A stretch of 64,000 nucleotides of DNA from Synechococcus sp. UW140 (GTDB taxonomy: Bacteria > Pseudomonadota > Alphaproteobacteria > Sphingomonadales > Sphingomonadaceae): the NCBI GenBank assembly GCA_943367535.1, contig CALRJK020000012.1, positions 102-64,101 of the forward strand. The letters run 5' to 3'. The translations under genes and the position numbers were made by a program. Below the pieces are notes generated by a model, which did no database searches, was not told the origin of the DNA, and worked only from the letters and a program-made list of their open reading frames with translations. Below are positions 34,465 to 45,403 of the stretch, one piece after another; the first letter of the stretch is position 1; each line of letters starts with the position of its first letter.

Positions 34465-35616
34465 ATGTGGTTGGCCGAGCCCCGCAACCCGAACGCGCCG
34501 CTCGCCGGGTTGAAAGTGGTCGAGCTGGCGCGGGTGTTGGCGGGGCCGTTCTGCGGGCAGATTCTGGCGGATCTTGGCGCGGATGTGATCAAGGTCGAAA
34601 GCCCGGAAGGTGACGGCACGCGCCTATGGGGGCCGCCATGGGTCGAGCGGGTGGGGCCGGATGGCACCGTCCACCGCGAGGCAGCCTATTACCACGCCTG
34701 CAACCGCGGGAAGCGGTCCATCATCGCGGATTTCTCCGAGGCGGATGACCTCGCGCGGGTGCGGGGATTCTGCGCCGGGGCGGACGTGGTGATCGAGAAC
34801 TTCAAGACCGGGAGCCTCGCCAAGTTCGGGCTCGATTACGCCAGCCTTGCCGCCGCCAATCCGGGCCTCGTCTATTGCTCGATCACCGGCTTCGGCCAGA
34901 CCGGGCCGAGAGCGCACGAAGCGGGGTATGATTTCGTCGCGCAGGGGATGAGCGGCCTGATGTCGCTGACGGGCGAGCCTGCGGGGCATCCGGTGAAGAT
35001 GGGGATCTCGATCAGCGACTTGGCGACCGGCGTCTGGGCGGCCAACGGTGTGCAGGCGGCGCTGCTGATGCGGGCGCGGACTGGTAAGGGACAGCAGGTC
35101 GACATGGCCTTGCTCGATTGCTCGGTCGGCCTGCTCGCCAATCAGGCGACTTATTTCTTCACCACTGGTCACAACCCGCCTCGCATGGGTAACGCCCACG
35201 CACAGGTCGCGCCCTATGGCGTCTTTGCGGTGGCTGACGGCCACGTGATCCTCGCCCCGGCCAATGACGGGCTGTTCCACAAGCTGATGGCGGTGCTGGG
35301 GCGCAGCGATCTGTGTGACGATCCGCGCTTTATCGCCAATGGTGACCGGACCGCCAATGCCTCCGCGCTGGATGCGGAAATTGCTGCGGCAACAGCCACT
35401 TGGACCAAACAGGGCCTGCTTGATGCCTGCCACGCGGCGGGGGTTCCTGCGGGTCCGATCAACCGCCTGGACGAGGTCTTCGCCGACCCGCAGGTGATCG
35501 CCCGGGGCATGCGGGTAGAGCTTGGCGGAATGGCGGGAATCCGGAGCCCTTTCACCTTCTCCGATGCGGAATTGGCGCTCGACCGGCCCTCACCGATCCA
35601 CGGCGAACACGATTAG
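34465..35616 (+). CDS. family III CoA-transferase (CaiB/BaiF type)
   Basis: PLAGLKVVELARVLAGPFCGQILADLGADVIKVE is a typical N-terminus. Confidence 0.85.
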   Translation: MWLAEPRNPNAPLAGLKVVELARVLAGPFCGQILADLGADVIKVESPEGDGTRLWGPPWVERVGPDGTVHREAAYYHACNRGKRSIIADFSEADDLARVRGFCAGADVVIENFKTGSLAKFGLDYASLAAANPGLVYCSITGFGQTGPRAHEAGYDFVAQGMSGLMSLTGEPAGHPVKMGISISDLATGVWAANGVQAALLMRARTGKGQQVDMALLDCSVGLLANQATYFFTTGHNPPRMGNAHAQVAPYGVFAVADGHVILAPANDGLFHKLMAVLGRSDLCDDPRFIANGDRTANASALDAEIAAATATWTKQGLLDACHAAGVPAGPINRLDEVFADPQVIARGMRVELGGMAGIRSPFTFSDAELALDRPSPIHGEHD

Positions 35617-36815
35617 GAGAGCGCCCGCGCCCCGGCGCGCCATAACCGCTCGGCCGGCCCTTGCCCGAAGCGCGCCACCCACGCGGGCGACCACGCCAAC
35701 ATCGCCGCCACCGGGACCAAGCCCAGCGCTAGGGCCTGCCAGCGCGTGACCTCGCCGAACAGGGCGAGGCCCCATGCAGCGAAGATCGCGGACAGGATCA
35801 CGCTGGTCATCAGGTAATTGCTCAGAGACAAGCGCCCCACCGCCGCCAATCGCCGGGTCAAACCTTTGTCTTCGCGCAAAAAAGCCATCGCCAGCGCGGC
35901 ATAAGCAAGCGCCAACAAGGTATCGAACGGGGCCGACAACACCAGCGCCACCGGCCCGACCAGCGCCGCCGGAAACCCCTCGGCCACCAGCCATCCCGCC
36001 AGCCCCAGCAACCCCGGCAGCGCCACCAGCGCCGATAGGCCTGCCACCCGTTGCAGGCGGAACGTCCGCCACTCCCCCTTCAGCATCCCGGCGCGCCACA
36101 GCCCCATGCCCAGCGCAATGGCGGAGAGGTTGAGCGGCAGTGTGGCCACCAGCGTGGTCATCTGGCCCGGAATGCCGAGCGTCCGCCGCACCACCCTTTC
36201 GCCCAATCCCTCGCGCCCCTGTTCCAGCAGCATCGCGATTGTCGGCGCATGCCGGCCAAACTGCCGTTCTGCCCAAAGCAGCGAATCCGAGCCCCATTGT
36301 TCCATGTGGAACATCACCAAGGGGGGGCCTAGCGCGCTCAAGCCGAGGGCTAGGTGCAGGCAAACGAGGCCTAGAGCCACGGTGAACAGCCTCTGCGCAG
36401 AGAGGTCCGCCAGCAAGGGCAGCGCGAGGCCCGCCAGCGCATAGGCGCGCAGCACATCATTGCTGGCAAAGACCGTCGCGTGCACCAGCCCGATCGCGAA
36501 CAGCACGATCATGCGCGCATAATGCGCCCGCCACGGCTTCTCACCTGACCGCTCGATCAGGATCAGGCACCCCGCACCGAACAGCATCGCGAACAGCGTG
36601 CGGAACTTGTCCTCGATGAAGACGAAGCTGCCCAGCCACACCCAGTAATCAGCCGGGCCGGTGCCACCAAAGCTCATGGGATTGTAATAGGCCGGCCCCG
36701 GCAGCGCGAACGCGAGGACGTTCATCCCCACGATCCCGATCACCGCTACACCGCGCAGCGCGTCAAGCGCGAGGATGCGTCGGGGAGGGGGTAAGGGTGC
36801 CGTCACGGACAGCAC
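35613..36815 (-). CDS. DUF418 (YeiB-like) membrane protein
   Basis: RILALDALRGVAVIGIVGMN start and about 10 TM helices; GTG start 12 nt after the metK stop. Confidence 0.75.
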   Translation of the reverse strand: MLSVTAPLPPPRRILALDALRGVAVIGIVGMNVLAFALPGPAYYNPMSFGGTGPADYWVWLGSFVFIEDKFRTLFAMLFGAGCLILIERSGEKPWRAHYARMIVLFAIGLVHATVFASNDVLRAYALAGLALPLLADLSAQRLFTVALGLVCLHLALGLSALGPPLVMFHMEQWGSDSLLWAERQFGRHAPTIAMLLEQGREGLGERVVRRTLGIPGQMTTLVATLPLNLSAIALGMGLWRAGMLKGEWRTFRLQRVAGLSALVALPGLLGLAGWLVAEGFPAALVGPVALVLSAPFDTLLALAYAALAMAFLREDKGLTRRLAAVGRLSLSNYLMTSVILSAIFAAWGLALFGEVTRWQALALGLVPVAAMLAWSPAWVARFGQGPAERLWRAGARALS

Positions 36816-36827
36816 CCTACCTGAAAA

Positions 36828-38063
36828 TCAGGCCAGCGCAGCCTTCAGATCGTCCACCAGATCGAGGCGTTCCCACGGGAAGAAGTCGCCTTCCGCGGTG
36901 CGGCCGAAGTGGCCGTAGGCGGCGGTCGGCTGGTAGATCGGCTTGTTGAGGCCAAGATGCGTGCGGATCGAACGCGGGGTCAGACCGCCCAGCTTGGCGA
37001 TGCCGAGGATCGCCGCTTCGATTGCATCGTCACCCACGGTGCCGGTGTCATGCGTGTCGACATACAGCGACAGCGGCTTCGATACGCCGATCGCATAGGC
37101 GATCTGGATGGTGCAACGCGTGGCAAGGCCAGCGGCGACTACGTTCTTGGCGAGGTAGCGGGTGATGTAAGCGGCCGAACGGTCAACCTTGGTCGGATCC
37201 TTGCCGCTGAACGCGCCGCCACCGTGCGGAGCCGCGCCGCCATAGGTGTCGACGATGATCTTGCGGCCCGTCAGGCCAGCATCGCCATCCGGGCCGCCGA
37301 TTTCGAAGCTGCCGGTGGGGTTGATGAAATACTCGGTCTCGCGCAGCAGGACCGGCGGGATCACGTCGGCGATCACGCCCTTCACGTAAGCTTCCAGTTC
37401 CGCCTGCTTGGCCGGATCGTTCTCGTCATAACCGGCCTTGTGCTGGGTCGAAACGACGACGGCGGTGGCCGCAACCGGGAGCGAGCCTTCGTAGCGCAGG
37501 GTCACCTGGCTCTTGGCGTCAGGCTCGAGGAAGGGGGCCGCGCCCGAGTGGCGGTCGGCGGCCATGCGCTCGAGGATCTTGTGGCTGTAATACAGGGTCG
37601 CGGGCATCAGGCCCGGGGTTTCGTCGGTCGCGTATCCGAACATGATGCCCTGGTCGCCTGCGCCTTCATCCTTGTTCTCGCCCGCGTCCACGCCCTGCGC
37701 GATGTGCGCCGACTGGCCGTGCAGACGGTTGATGAATTCGAACTTTTCCCAGTGGAAGCCGGTCTGCTCGTAGCCGATGCGCTTCACTGTCGCGCGCACG
37801 ACCTTTTCAATCTCTTCCTTTGCGCCGGGAGCCCAGTAGCCGTTGGCCTTCCACTCCTCACGGTCGTCCTCATAGACGCCCTTGCAGCGGATTTCGCCCG
37901 CAAGCACGACCAGCTGGGTGGTGGTCAGGGTTTCGCAGGCGATGCGCGCTTCGGGGTCCTTGGACAGGAACAGATCGACGATCGCGTCCGAAATCTGGTC
38001 GGCGACCTTGTCGGGGTGGCCTTCGGAAACGCTTTCGGAGGTGAAGAGGTAATTGCTGCGCAT
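36828..38063 (-). CDS. metK: S-adenosylmethionine synthetase
   Basis: [28 protein letters not shown] and GGGAFSGKD motifs. Confidence 0.97.
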   Translation of the reverse strand: MRSNYLFTSESVSEGHPDKVADQISDAIVDLFLSKDPEARIACETLTTTQLVVLAGEIRCKGVYEDDREEWKANGYWAPGAKEEIEKVVRATVKRIGYEQTGFHWEKFEFINRLHGQSAHIAQGVDAGENKDEGAGDQGIMFGYATDETPGLMPATLYYSHKILERMAADRHSGAAPFLEPDAKSQVTLRYEGSLPVAATAVVVSTQHKAGYDENDPAKQAELEAYVKGVIADVIPPVLLRETEYFINPTGSFEIGGPDGDAGLTGRKIIVDTYGGAAPHGGGAFSGKDPTKVDRSAAYITRYLAKNVVAAGLATRCTIQIAYAIGVSKPLSLYVDTHDTGTVGDDAIEAAILGIAKLGGLTPRSIRTHLGLNKPIYQPTAAYGHFGRTAEGDFFPWERLDLVDDLKAALA

Positions 38064-38163
38064 GATGTCCCCCGGGGGCTGGAATGGTCGGTCGGGAGCG
38101 GGAGAAAGAGCACCTTATAGAGATATAAGGAAACCTTTATGTCCTGCTTGTCTGCCGACCGCC

Positions 38164-39810
38164 CTAGCCGCGCGCGCGGACGAGCGCAAGCACTCTCGGC
38201 CCAAACCACTTTTGCGCAAGGCCGAGGATCAGGAACACCGCTGCCCAAGCCAGCGTCAGAGCATGGCCCCATTGGCCGAATAGCGTGGGCGGCTTGGCTT
38301 GGGGGACGAGGCCATCGAGGGTGGCCGCCTTTCCGCTCGCGATGCTGCCGCGCACCACGCCGCTGGCGTCGATCACCGCGCTGATACCGGTGGTGGTGGA
38401 GCGCAGCACCGGCAGGCCTTCCTCGATCGCCCGCATCCGCGCCTGCGCAAGGTGCTGCGGCGGCCCCCACCAGCCGAACCAGCCGTCATTGCTGGGGTTG
38501 AAGATGTAATCGGGGCGATTCGCCCTGTCGGCCACGTGGCCGGAGAAGACGATCTCGTAGCAGATCATCACGCCGGCCTTGCCGTGCTTGCCCAAATCCA
38601 GCGTGCGCGGGCCGGGGCCGGGCAGGTAATCGATGCTGCCCGCCACCAGACGCGACAGGCCGAGCGGTTCAAGCAGCGGCCGCATCGGCAGATATTCGCC
38701 ATAGGGCACCAGATGCGCCTTGTCGTAGCCGCCGACGATTGCGCCCGCCCCGTCGATCGCCATCACCGAATTGCGGGCGCTGACTGCGCCTCTTTGACCC
38801 TTGGCGGGGCCATCGGGCAGGGGGCCGATGTTGAGATTGACCACGCCGGTCAACAGCGTCGATTGCGGCCCGATCACCGCGCCGACGCGGCGGCGGGCGA
38901 ACTTGGGATCGCCGCCTGCTGTCATCTGGAGATAGAACCGGTCGGGATAGCCCTCCTCAAGGTAATCTGGCACCGCGCTTTCGGGCCACAGCACGATCCG
39001 CGATTGATCGCGGCCCGGCGCGGTGAGGCGGTTGAGCCTTGCGAACTGCTCCTCGAACTTCGATCCGTCGTTGATCTCGGACTGCGGGATATAGGGCTGG
39101 ACGAGGGTGTAGCGCAGGCCTTCGCGCGTGATATCCGCGGTCAGGCTGGGGGCCAGCATTATTGCGGCCAGCACGACAATTCCGCCGCCCGCCACACGCC
39201 AGCGCCCGGCGCATGCTGCCGCCAGCAACAGTGCCGCGATCAGCATGGTGAAGCCGGACAGCGCGTAGGTGCCCATCCATGGGAGCAGCCGCGCCAACCC
39301 CGGCGTATCCCAAGTCCCCAGCAGCATCAGCCCGAGCGGCGGCCAAGGGTAGCCGGTAAACACCCAGCCGCGTAAGGCTTCGGTCACGATCCATGCGCCC
39401 GCTAGCACGAGGCCGTAGGCGGTGAGCGAGCGTTTTTTTGCCAGCCAATGCGCCGCCAGAACGGCAAGGGCGGGATATATCGCGAGGTAGATGCACAGCA
39501 GCGGCACCGCCAGCCACCCGAGAAACTCGGGCATCTTGGCCTGATGGGTGAAGGCTGTCGCGATCCAGTTATTGCCGAGCGTCAGATGCGCCCATCCGAA
39601 GCACCACCCGGTCCACAGCGCCGCGCGCTTGGTGGGTGCCTGATAGGCCAGCCACACGAACCCGGCCAGCGCGGCAAGGCCCAGCGGCCACAGGTGCAGC
39701 GGGGGATAGGCGCAGGCCGCGACAAGGCCGAGCACGATGGCAGCCAGCGCCGGGCGACGCTGCGCCAGCGCGCGCACTGAAGCCGCTGCTGCCGACAGCC
39801 GCTCCATCAC
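38164..39810 (-). CDS. lnt: apolipoprotein N-acyltransferase
   Basis: N-terminal multi-TM region plus a C-terminal nitrilase-type CN-hydrolase domain (VLWPE, MICYE). Confidence 0.9.
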   Translation of the reverse strand: MMERLSAAAASVRALAQRRPALAAIVLGLVAACAYPPLHLWPLGLAALAGFVWLAYQAPTKRAALWTGWCFGWAHLTLGNNWIATAFTHQAKMPEFLGWLAVPLLCIYLAIYPALAVLAAHWLAKKRSLTAYGLVLAGAWIVTEALRGWVFTGYPWPPLGLMLLGTWDTPGLARLLPWMGTYALSGFTMLIAALLLAAACAGRWRVAGGGIVVLAAIMLAPSLTADITREGLRYTLVQPYIPQSEINDGSKFEEQFARLNRLTAPGRDQSRIVLWPESAVPDYLEEGYPDRFYLQMTAGGDPKFARRRVGAVIGPQSTLLTGVVNLNIGPLPDGPAKGQRGAVSARNSVMAIDGAGAIVGGYDKAHLVPYGEYLPMRPLLEPLGLSRLVAGSIDYLPGPGPRTLDLGKHGKAGVMICYEIVFSGHVADRANRPDYIFNPSNDGWFGWWGPPQHLAQARMRAIEEGLPVLRSTTTGISAVIDASGVVRGSIASGKAATLDGLVPQAKPPTLFGQWGHALTLAWAAVFLILGLAQKWFGPRVLALVRARG

Positions 39811-39816
39811 GGCAGC

Positions 39817-40695
39817 TTACTCGACGGTTTCGAGTGTGCCGCTATCGCCGCCCGCGTCATCGCCGCGGATCGAGGGCGGGAGGATCGAGCTGTCGATGCC
39901 GCCCTGATTCGCCGAACGCTCGCCATCACCGGCGGGCTTGCGCGGCTTGCGGGCGCGGGGGGGCTTGGCGTCCGAGCGTTCGGCGGAGCGTTCCGGGGCG
40001 CGCTCTGGGGCACGTTCCGGGCTGCGCTCGGCGGCGCGCTCGGTGCTGCGCTCAGGCCGTTCGGCGCGTTCGGCGCGCTTTTCGCTGCGCTCTGGGCGGT
40101 CGGCACGGTTGCCGTCCCGCTCACCGCGGTTTTCGTCACGCGAGCCGTCACGCCCGCTCTCACGTCCACCTTCTCGGGGCTTGCGCTGCGGCTGCTGGCG
40201 ACGCTGGCCGCGGGGGCGGTCTTCGCGCTGATCGCCGCGATCATCCTGACGATCATCGGCAAGGAAGCTTTCGCCCTCCTGCCCCGGCTCACCCTCGGCC
40301 ATGTCGGTGGTGGCGCCATTGTCCTGCTGTTCGTAGGGCGAGCGCGTCGGCGCATCGTTGCGGCGGCCACGATCGAAATCGAAATCGTCGTCGTAGTCTT
40401 CGTTCTGGTCGCGCTCGTCATTGCGGCGGGGACCGGCATTGCCGCCGCGCTGTTCGTCCTGACGGGCCTTGTTGTCGGCGATCACGCGAAAATAGTGATC
40501 CGCAAACTGGAGGTAGTACTCCATCTGCACGCGGTCGCCGTTGTGGTGGGCGTCCTGCGCGAGCTTCTTGTACTTGTCGAGCATCTGCGGGGCATTGCCG
40601 CGCGCCCGGCTGTCAATGCGGTTCAGCTGGGCGCCATTGCCGCCCTGATTGCGGTTGCCGCGACCGCGACGCCGGTTATTGCGATTATTATTCAA
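39817..40695 (-). CDS. DUF4167 domain protein with R/E/D-rich repetitive tail
   Basis: N-terminal RRRGRGNRNQ...NAPQMLDKYKKLAQDAHHNGDRVQMEYYLQFADHYFRV is the alphaproteobacterial DUF4167 signature. The C-terminus has ERAPERAPERSAERS-type repeats. Confidence 0.8.
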   Translation of the reverse strand: MNNNRNNRRRGRGNRNQGGNGAQLNRIDSRARGNAPQMLDKYKKLAQDAHHNGDRVQMEYYLQFADHYFRVIADNKARQDEQRGGNAGPRRNDERDQNEDYDDDFDFDRGRRNDAPTRSPYEQQDNGATTDMAEGEPGQEGESFLADDRQDDRGDQREDRPRGQRRQQPQRKPREGGRESGRDGSRDENRGERDGNRADRPERSEKRAERAERPERSTERAAERSPERAPERAPERSAERSDAKPPRARKPRKPAGDGERSANQGGIDSSILPPSIRGDDAGGDSGTLETVE

Positions 40696-40970
40696 GGAAA
40701 ACGTTCCTTATCAGCGACCTGGCGCGAGAAAACTGATCATACGCGCGGTCAACAGACCCCTTGCCCTAGCGTCACGCTTGGCCCTGACTTTGGGCCGTGC
40801 CAAAACCATGCCGCGTGCTCCGCGCTGCCGCTGCCGGGGGGTTACCCTGACGGCCGTATCAGCTGAGTTTAGGAGCTTGGCCCAGCCGTCTGCGCCCTTC
40901 GCAGATCGTCTGGCCTTTGTGTGACGTAGCGATGGTAAATCCGTTTGCCAAGCCCCGCCGTTCATTTCTG

Positions 40971-41807
40971 TCATGTCAGCAGCAAGGCCCGCGCGCGCCC
41001 GGCGAGATCGCGGCGCAGATCGACGCGGAAACCCGCAGCCGCCGCGATTGCCCCGACGGCGTCGGCCTGATTCGCCCCGATTTCCAGCACCGCGAGCGCG
41101 CCCGCATTCATCAGTGCGCGCAATTGGGGCAAGAGGATGCGGTAATCGTCCAGCCCCTCCGGCCCGGCGAATAGTGCGCTGGCCGGCTCGAAATCGCGCA
41201 CATCGCGGTCGAGTTCGGCGTCTGCCTCCACATAGGGCGGGTTGCACAGGATCAGATCGAAGGTGCCCAGATCCTTGGCCCAGCCCGCTTCATGCCAGCT
41301 CAGCACGTGCCATGCGCTGCGATCCGCGAGATCCAGCGCGGCAGCGTTGGCCTGCGCCGCCGCCAGTGCACCAGCCGAGGCGTCGATGCCCACCCCTTGC
41401 CAGCCCGCACGGTTCGCCAGCACAGCTAGCAGCAGCGCGCCCGAACCCGTGCCGAGGTCAAGCGCGCGGCCCGCGCCCGCGATGCCCTCCTCGCCAATGC
41501 CCTCCAGCGCCGCCGCGACCAGCGTCTCGCTGTCGCCGCGCGGGATCAGGGTCGCGGGGGTGACCATGAGGGTGAGGCCGTAGAACTCCTGTGCGCCGGT
41601 GATGTAGGCGACGGGTTCATGCGCAGCGCGCCGCTCCACCAGCGCGGCGAAACCCTCGGGCGCAGGGTCGCGCATCGCTTTCAGCAGCATGTCCGAGCGC
41701 GACAGGCCCAGCGCGTGCGCCATCAGCAATTCGGCATCCAATCGCGCCGTATCGCTGGTGGCCGCGAGGCGCTCTGCAGCGGCGCGGATCGCCTCGCCGA
41801 CGGTCAC
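40971..41807 (-). CDS. prmC: release factor glutamine N5-methyltransferase
   Basis: DLGTGSGAL SAM motif and NPPY catalytic motif; lies immediately downstream of prfA. Confidence 0.9.
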   Translation of the reverse strand: MTVGEAIRAAAERLAATSDTARLDAELLMAHALGLSRSDMLLKAMRDPAPEGFAALVERRAAHEPVAYITGAQEFYGLTLMVTPATLIPRGDSETLVAAALEGIGEEGIAGAGRALDLGTGSGALLLAVLANRAGWQGVGIDASAGALAAAQANAAALDLADRSAWHVLSWHEAGWAKDLGTFDLILCNPPYVEADAELDRDVRDFEPASALFAGPEGLDDYRILLPQLRALMNAGALAVLEIGANQADAVGAIAAAAGFRVDLRRDLAGRARALLLT

Positions 41808-41817
41808 TCGGCCCCCG

Positions 41818-42885
41818 TCACTCAGCCAACGCCGCCAGCCGCTTGCCCTCGTCCTCGGCGATCAGGGCATCAACCAGCTCGCCCAGCCCTGGCCCGGCCA
41901 GCACTTCTTCCAGCTTGTGGAGGGTCAGCCCGATGCGGTGATCGGTTACGCGGCCTTGGGGGAAATTATAGGTGCGAATGCGCTCCGACCGGTCGCCAGA
42001 ACCGACCATCGCCTTGCGCGCCTCGGCCTCGGCGCCCTGGGTGGCTTCGCGCTGGGCGTCATACAGGCGCGTGCGCAGCACCTGCATCGCCTTTTCCTTG
42101 TTCTTGTGCTGGCTGCGCCCGTCCTGACAGGTCACTACCGTGCCGGTCGGCAGGTGAGTGATGCGCACAGCCGAATCGGTGGTGTTGACGTGCTGCCCGC
42201 CAGCGCCCGAGGCACGGTAAACGTCGATCTTGAGGTCTTTCTCCTCGACGCTGACATCCACCTCGTCCGGTTCCGGCAGGACCGCGACGGTGGCGGCCGA
42301 GGTGTGGATGCGCCCGCCGCTTTCGGTGACAGGCACACGCTGGACGCGGTGGACGCCGCTTTCAAACTTCAGCTTGGCGAACACGCCGGTGCCGGTGACG
42401 TTGGCGATCACTTCCTTGAAGCCGCCGATGTCCGAGGCGTTGATGCTGACCGCCTCGACCTTCCACCCCTGTTCGGCGGCATAGCGTTCGTACATCCGGT
42501 AGAGATCGGCGGCGAACAGCGCGGCTTCATCGCCCCCGGTGCCGGCGCGGATTTCGAGCATTGCGGGCTTGGCATCGGCCGAATCGCGCGGCAGCAGCGC
42601 GATGGCGAGACGGCGTTCGAGATCGGGAAGCGTCGCCTTGATTGCGCCGAGCTCCTCCTCGGCCATGGCTTTCATTTCAGGGTCAGCGAGCATGTCCTGC
42701 AAACCCGCCATTTCCTCGCGCGCGGATTTCACCTCGGCGGCGATCTTGGCGACGGGTTCAAGTTCGGCATAGTCGCGGGAGGCGCGGACGAAGGCCTCGC
42801 CCTCGAGCGTTCCGCTCGCCATGCGCGCTTCCAGCTCCGCAAAGCGGTGCGCGATCTGGTCAAGGCGTTCGGGTGGGATTTGCAT
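41818..42885 (-). CDS. prfA: peptide chain release factor 1
   Basis: GGQ motif ([16 protein letters not shown]) and PAT-type RF1 architecture. Confidence 0.97.
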   Translation of the reverse strand: MQIPPERLDQIAHRFAELEARMASGTLEGEAFVRASRDYAELEPVAKIAAEVKSAREEMAGLQDMLADPEMKAMAEEELGAIKATLPDLERRLAIALLPRDSADAKPAMLEIRAGTGGDEAALFAADLYRMYERYAAEQGWKVEAVSINASDIGGFKEVIANVTGTGVFAKLKFESGVHRVQRVPVTESGGRIHTSAATVAVLPEPDEVDVSVEEKDLKIDVYRASGAGGQHVNTTDSAVRITHLPTGTVVTCQDGRSQHKNKEKAMQVLRTRLYDAQREATQGAEAEARKAMVGSGDRSERIRTYNFPQGRVTDHRIGLTLHKLEEVLAGPGLGELVDALIAEDEGKRLAALAE

Positions 42886-42996
42886 AGTGCTGGTTCTTAC
42901 TCACCGTCCCGGCCATCGAGCCGGGACCCCGCTTTCTATTGGAGCGGCGGAAAAAGGGAAGCGGGGCCCCGGGTCAAGTCCGGGGCGGCGAACAGG

Positions 42997-44247
42997 TTAG
43001 CCGCTCGCCAAAATAAAGCTTTCCACTTCCGTATGGCGCACTCCGCCATCGCCCATGATGCGCATTGGCGAACCTTCGTCCGTGACCGCGAAAGACACGA
43101 GCGCGTGCGAAGGCAGCTTCTTTGCTTTGTCGAACCGCTTTCGGGGCGAGCCGCTGGCGACGAGTTCTGATGAGAAACCCGCGGCGCGAAGCTTGCTCAT
43201 CAGCGCAAGCGCGTCTGCCAGGCGATCGTCATTCTCGACCACCACCACAGCATCGGCCTTCGCCTCCTCCCGTGCCCCGACCAACATCGCCAGCCGCTCG
43301 ATCCCCGCAGCCCAGCCGACCGCAGGCGTGGCTGCACCGCCGAGCGATTCCATCAGCCCGTCATAACGCCCGCCACCCAGCACCGTGCTTTGCGAACCCA
43401 GCGCCGCCGCCGAGGCGCTGCCCTCGTCGGGGATGAACTCGAAGGCGGTGTGGCGGTAGTAATCGAGGCCCCGGACAAGGCTTTCCGCGCGCACCCATTT
43501 CACGCCTGCCGCGTCCAGCCCCGAAGTCACCGCCGCAAAGAACGCAGAAGCCTCCTCCGACAAAAACGCGTCGATCTTCGGCGCGTCCGCAAGGAACGGC
43601 TTGTCGCGCGGGTCCTTCGAATCGAGGATCCGCAGCGGGTTCTTCTCCAGCCGCTCCTGCGATTCCTCGGACAATTGATCCTTCACCGCCCGGAAATACG
43701 CGATCAAGGCCGCCCGCCACGCCTCGCGGCTCTCCGCATCGCCGAGCGTGTTGAGGTGCAGGGTCACATCATGGATGCCCAGCTCCTTCAGCAGCTGATC
43801 CGCCATCGCCAGCAGTTCCACATCCGCCTGCGGTTCGCCCGCGCCGATCACTTCGGCGTCGATCTGGTGGAACTGGCGGTAGCGGCCCTTCTGGGGGCGC
43901 TCGTAGCGGAACAGCGGGCCGTGGGTGGCGACCTTCAAGGGCGCATATTGCTGCCAGCCATTGGTAAGGAACGCGCGGGCGATCCCGGCGGTGAATTCAG
44001 GGCGCAAGGTCAGCGATTCCCCGCCGCGATCGTCGAAGGAATACATCTCCTTCGACACCACATCGGTTGTTTCCCCCAACGAGCGCGCGAACACCTCGGT
44101 CTTTTCGAACACGGGCATTTCCACGCGGCGGAAACGGTATAGGCGGCGGACGCGTTCGAAGGTTTCGACCACGAAAGCGAAGGCTTCGGCATCGGCGCCG
44201 AAGATGTCCTGGGTGCCTCTGATAGCCTGCGGGGTTTTCTTGCTCAT
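42997..44247 (-). CDS. hisS: histidine--tRNA ligase
   Basis: [37 protein letters not shown] and GGGRYDGL motifs. ATG 44247 lies inside the longer ORF. Confidence 0.93.
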   Translation of the reverse strand: MSKKTPQAIRGTQDIFGADAEAFAFVVETFERVRRLYRFRRVEMPVFEKTEVFARSLGETTDVVSKEMYSFDDRGGESLTLRPEFTAGIARAFLTNGWQQYAPLKVATHGPLFRYERPQKGRYRQFHQIDAEVIGAGEPQADVELLAMADQLLKELGIHDVTLHLNTLGDAESREAWRAALIAYFRAVKDQLSEESQERLEKNPLRILDSKDPRDKPFLADAPKIDAFLSEEASAFFAAVTSGLDAAGVKWVRAESLVRGLDYYRHTAFEFIPDEGSASAAALGSQSTVLGGGRYDGLMESLGGAATPAVGWAAGIERLAMLVGAREEAKADAVVVVENDDRLADALALMSKLRAAGFSSELVASGSPRKRFDKAKKLPSHALVSFAVTDEGSPMRIMGDGGVRHTEVESFILASG

Positions 44248-44373
44248 GGGGGCCGCGATTAGGCTCACACAGGGTCTTTCGCAATCCTGCGGCACGCATT
44301 AAGGGGGCGCGTCGCAAATCAAGCCTCTCCGCCGCAAGCGAACACGCGCGGCCTGCAACAGAAGAGAAAATCC

Positions 44374-44907
44374 ATGCGCATCGACAAGATCCCGACCGGC
44401 GTGAACCCCCCCGACGATCTCAACGTGATTATCGAAGTGCCGACCGGCGGGGAGCCGGTGAAGTACGAATTCGACAAGGAAAGCGGCGCGCTGTTCGTGG
44501 ACCGCATCCTGCACACGCCGATGCGCTATCCGGCGAATTACGGCTTTGTGCCGCACACGCTTTCGCCCGATGGCGATCCGCTGGATGCGCTGGTGATCTC
44601 GCGCTCGCCCTTCATCCCGGGCTGCGTGGTGCGCGCCCGCCCGATCGGTGTGCTGAACCTCGAAGACGAGCAGGGCGGCGATGAAAAGCTGATCTGCGTG
44701 CCGGTGAACGAGACGTTCCCCTATTACGCCGATGTGATCGAGACGAGCGATCTGCCGAACATCATCTTCCAGCAGATCGAGCACTTCTTCACCCACTACA
44801 AAGACTTGGAAGCCGAAAAGTGGGTGCGCGTGGGCAAGTGGGGCAACGCCGCCGAAGCCCGCCAGATCACGATCGAGGCGATCGAGCGGTATAACGCGGA
44901 CAAGTAA
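44374..44907 (+). CDS. ppa: inorganic pyrophosphatase
   Basis: IIEVPTGGEPVKYEFDKESG...YPANYGFVPHTLSPDGDPLDALV. Confidence 0.95.
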   Translation: MRIDKIPTGVNPPDDLNVIIEVPTGGEPVKYEFDKESGALFVDRILHTPMRYPANYGFVPHTLSPDGDPLDALVISRSPFIPGCVVRARPIGVLNLEDEQGGDEKLICVPVNETFPYYADVIETSDLPNIIFQQIEHFFTHYKDLEAEKWVRVGKWGNAAEARQITIEAIERYNADK

Positions 44908-45000
44908 TGACAAAGACTGGGGCGGTTAGGAAGGCATTGGAACGGTTGCGCAGCAACCACAAGGCCGGCCGCCCACAGGGCTTGAAGCAGCGCCGAGGAT

Positions 45001-45020
45001 GAGCGGCCTGAGGGCCGCTC
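45001..45020. terminator. GC hairpin between the convergent ppa and membrane-protein genes
   Basis: GAGCGGCC-tgag-GGCCGCTC; no clear U-tract. Confidence 0.4.
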
Positions 45021-45025
45021 ACACA

Positions 45026-45403
45026 TTAAAACACGCTCAACAGCATCTTGAAGATCAGCGTCAGGCCAAAGGGCAGGCCGACGGCCACCGCCCATAGCGT
45101 GATCAGATCGCGGCGGAAGGCGCCAGCATAGCCCGGGTCAATCGCTTCGGCATCGGACAGGCCCGCCCAGCGTTTCTCGAACCAGCGGCACACAGGGATG
45201 ATCCCCGCCACCAGCACGATCAGCGCCAGATAGGGCAGCGCGGTCGAGGAACCTTCGGTCAGGGCCTTCACGGTCACGAAAATCTGCAAGCCGGTGTAGA
45301 CCAGCAGGCCGTAGGCGACATGGTCGCTCATCGCTTTGCGCCAATCGCGCGGGGCTTTGGCGGAAAGGGCCTGTGCCTTGCTGTGCTTTTCCGGATTGAT
45401 CAT
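45026..45403 (-). CDS. hypothetical membrane protein (3 TM)
   Basis: 125-aa ORF with three hydrophobic helices and host-like codon usage; no family recognised. Confidence 0.5.
   Translation of the reverse strand: MINPEKHSKAQALSAKAPRDWRKAMSDHVAYGLLVYTGLQIFVTVKALTEGSSTALPYLALIVLVAGIIPVCRWFEKRWAGLSDAEAIDPGYAGAFRRDLITLWAVAVGLPFGLTLIFKMLLSVF

Noticed and set aside
38064-38163. Possible SAM riboswitch (SAM-II / SAM-SAH type) in the 100-nt spacer upstream of metK.
   Set aside because: I could not find the conserved SAM-II or SAM-SAH core sequences. The spacer holds only an AT-rich hairpin (CCTTATA..TATAAGG) that looks more like promoter DNA, and the leader would be too short.
38968-38982. Sigma-54-like promoter TGGCAC-N5-TTTC, looked for because rpoN is in the window.
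   Set aside because: It lies inside lnt on the antisense strand, and the -12 element is TTTC rather than TTGC. No other TGGCAC-N5-TTGC was seen in intergenic DNA.
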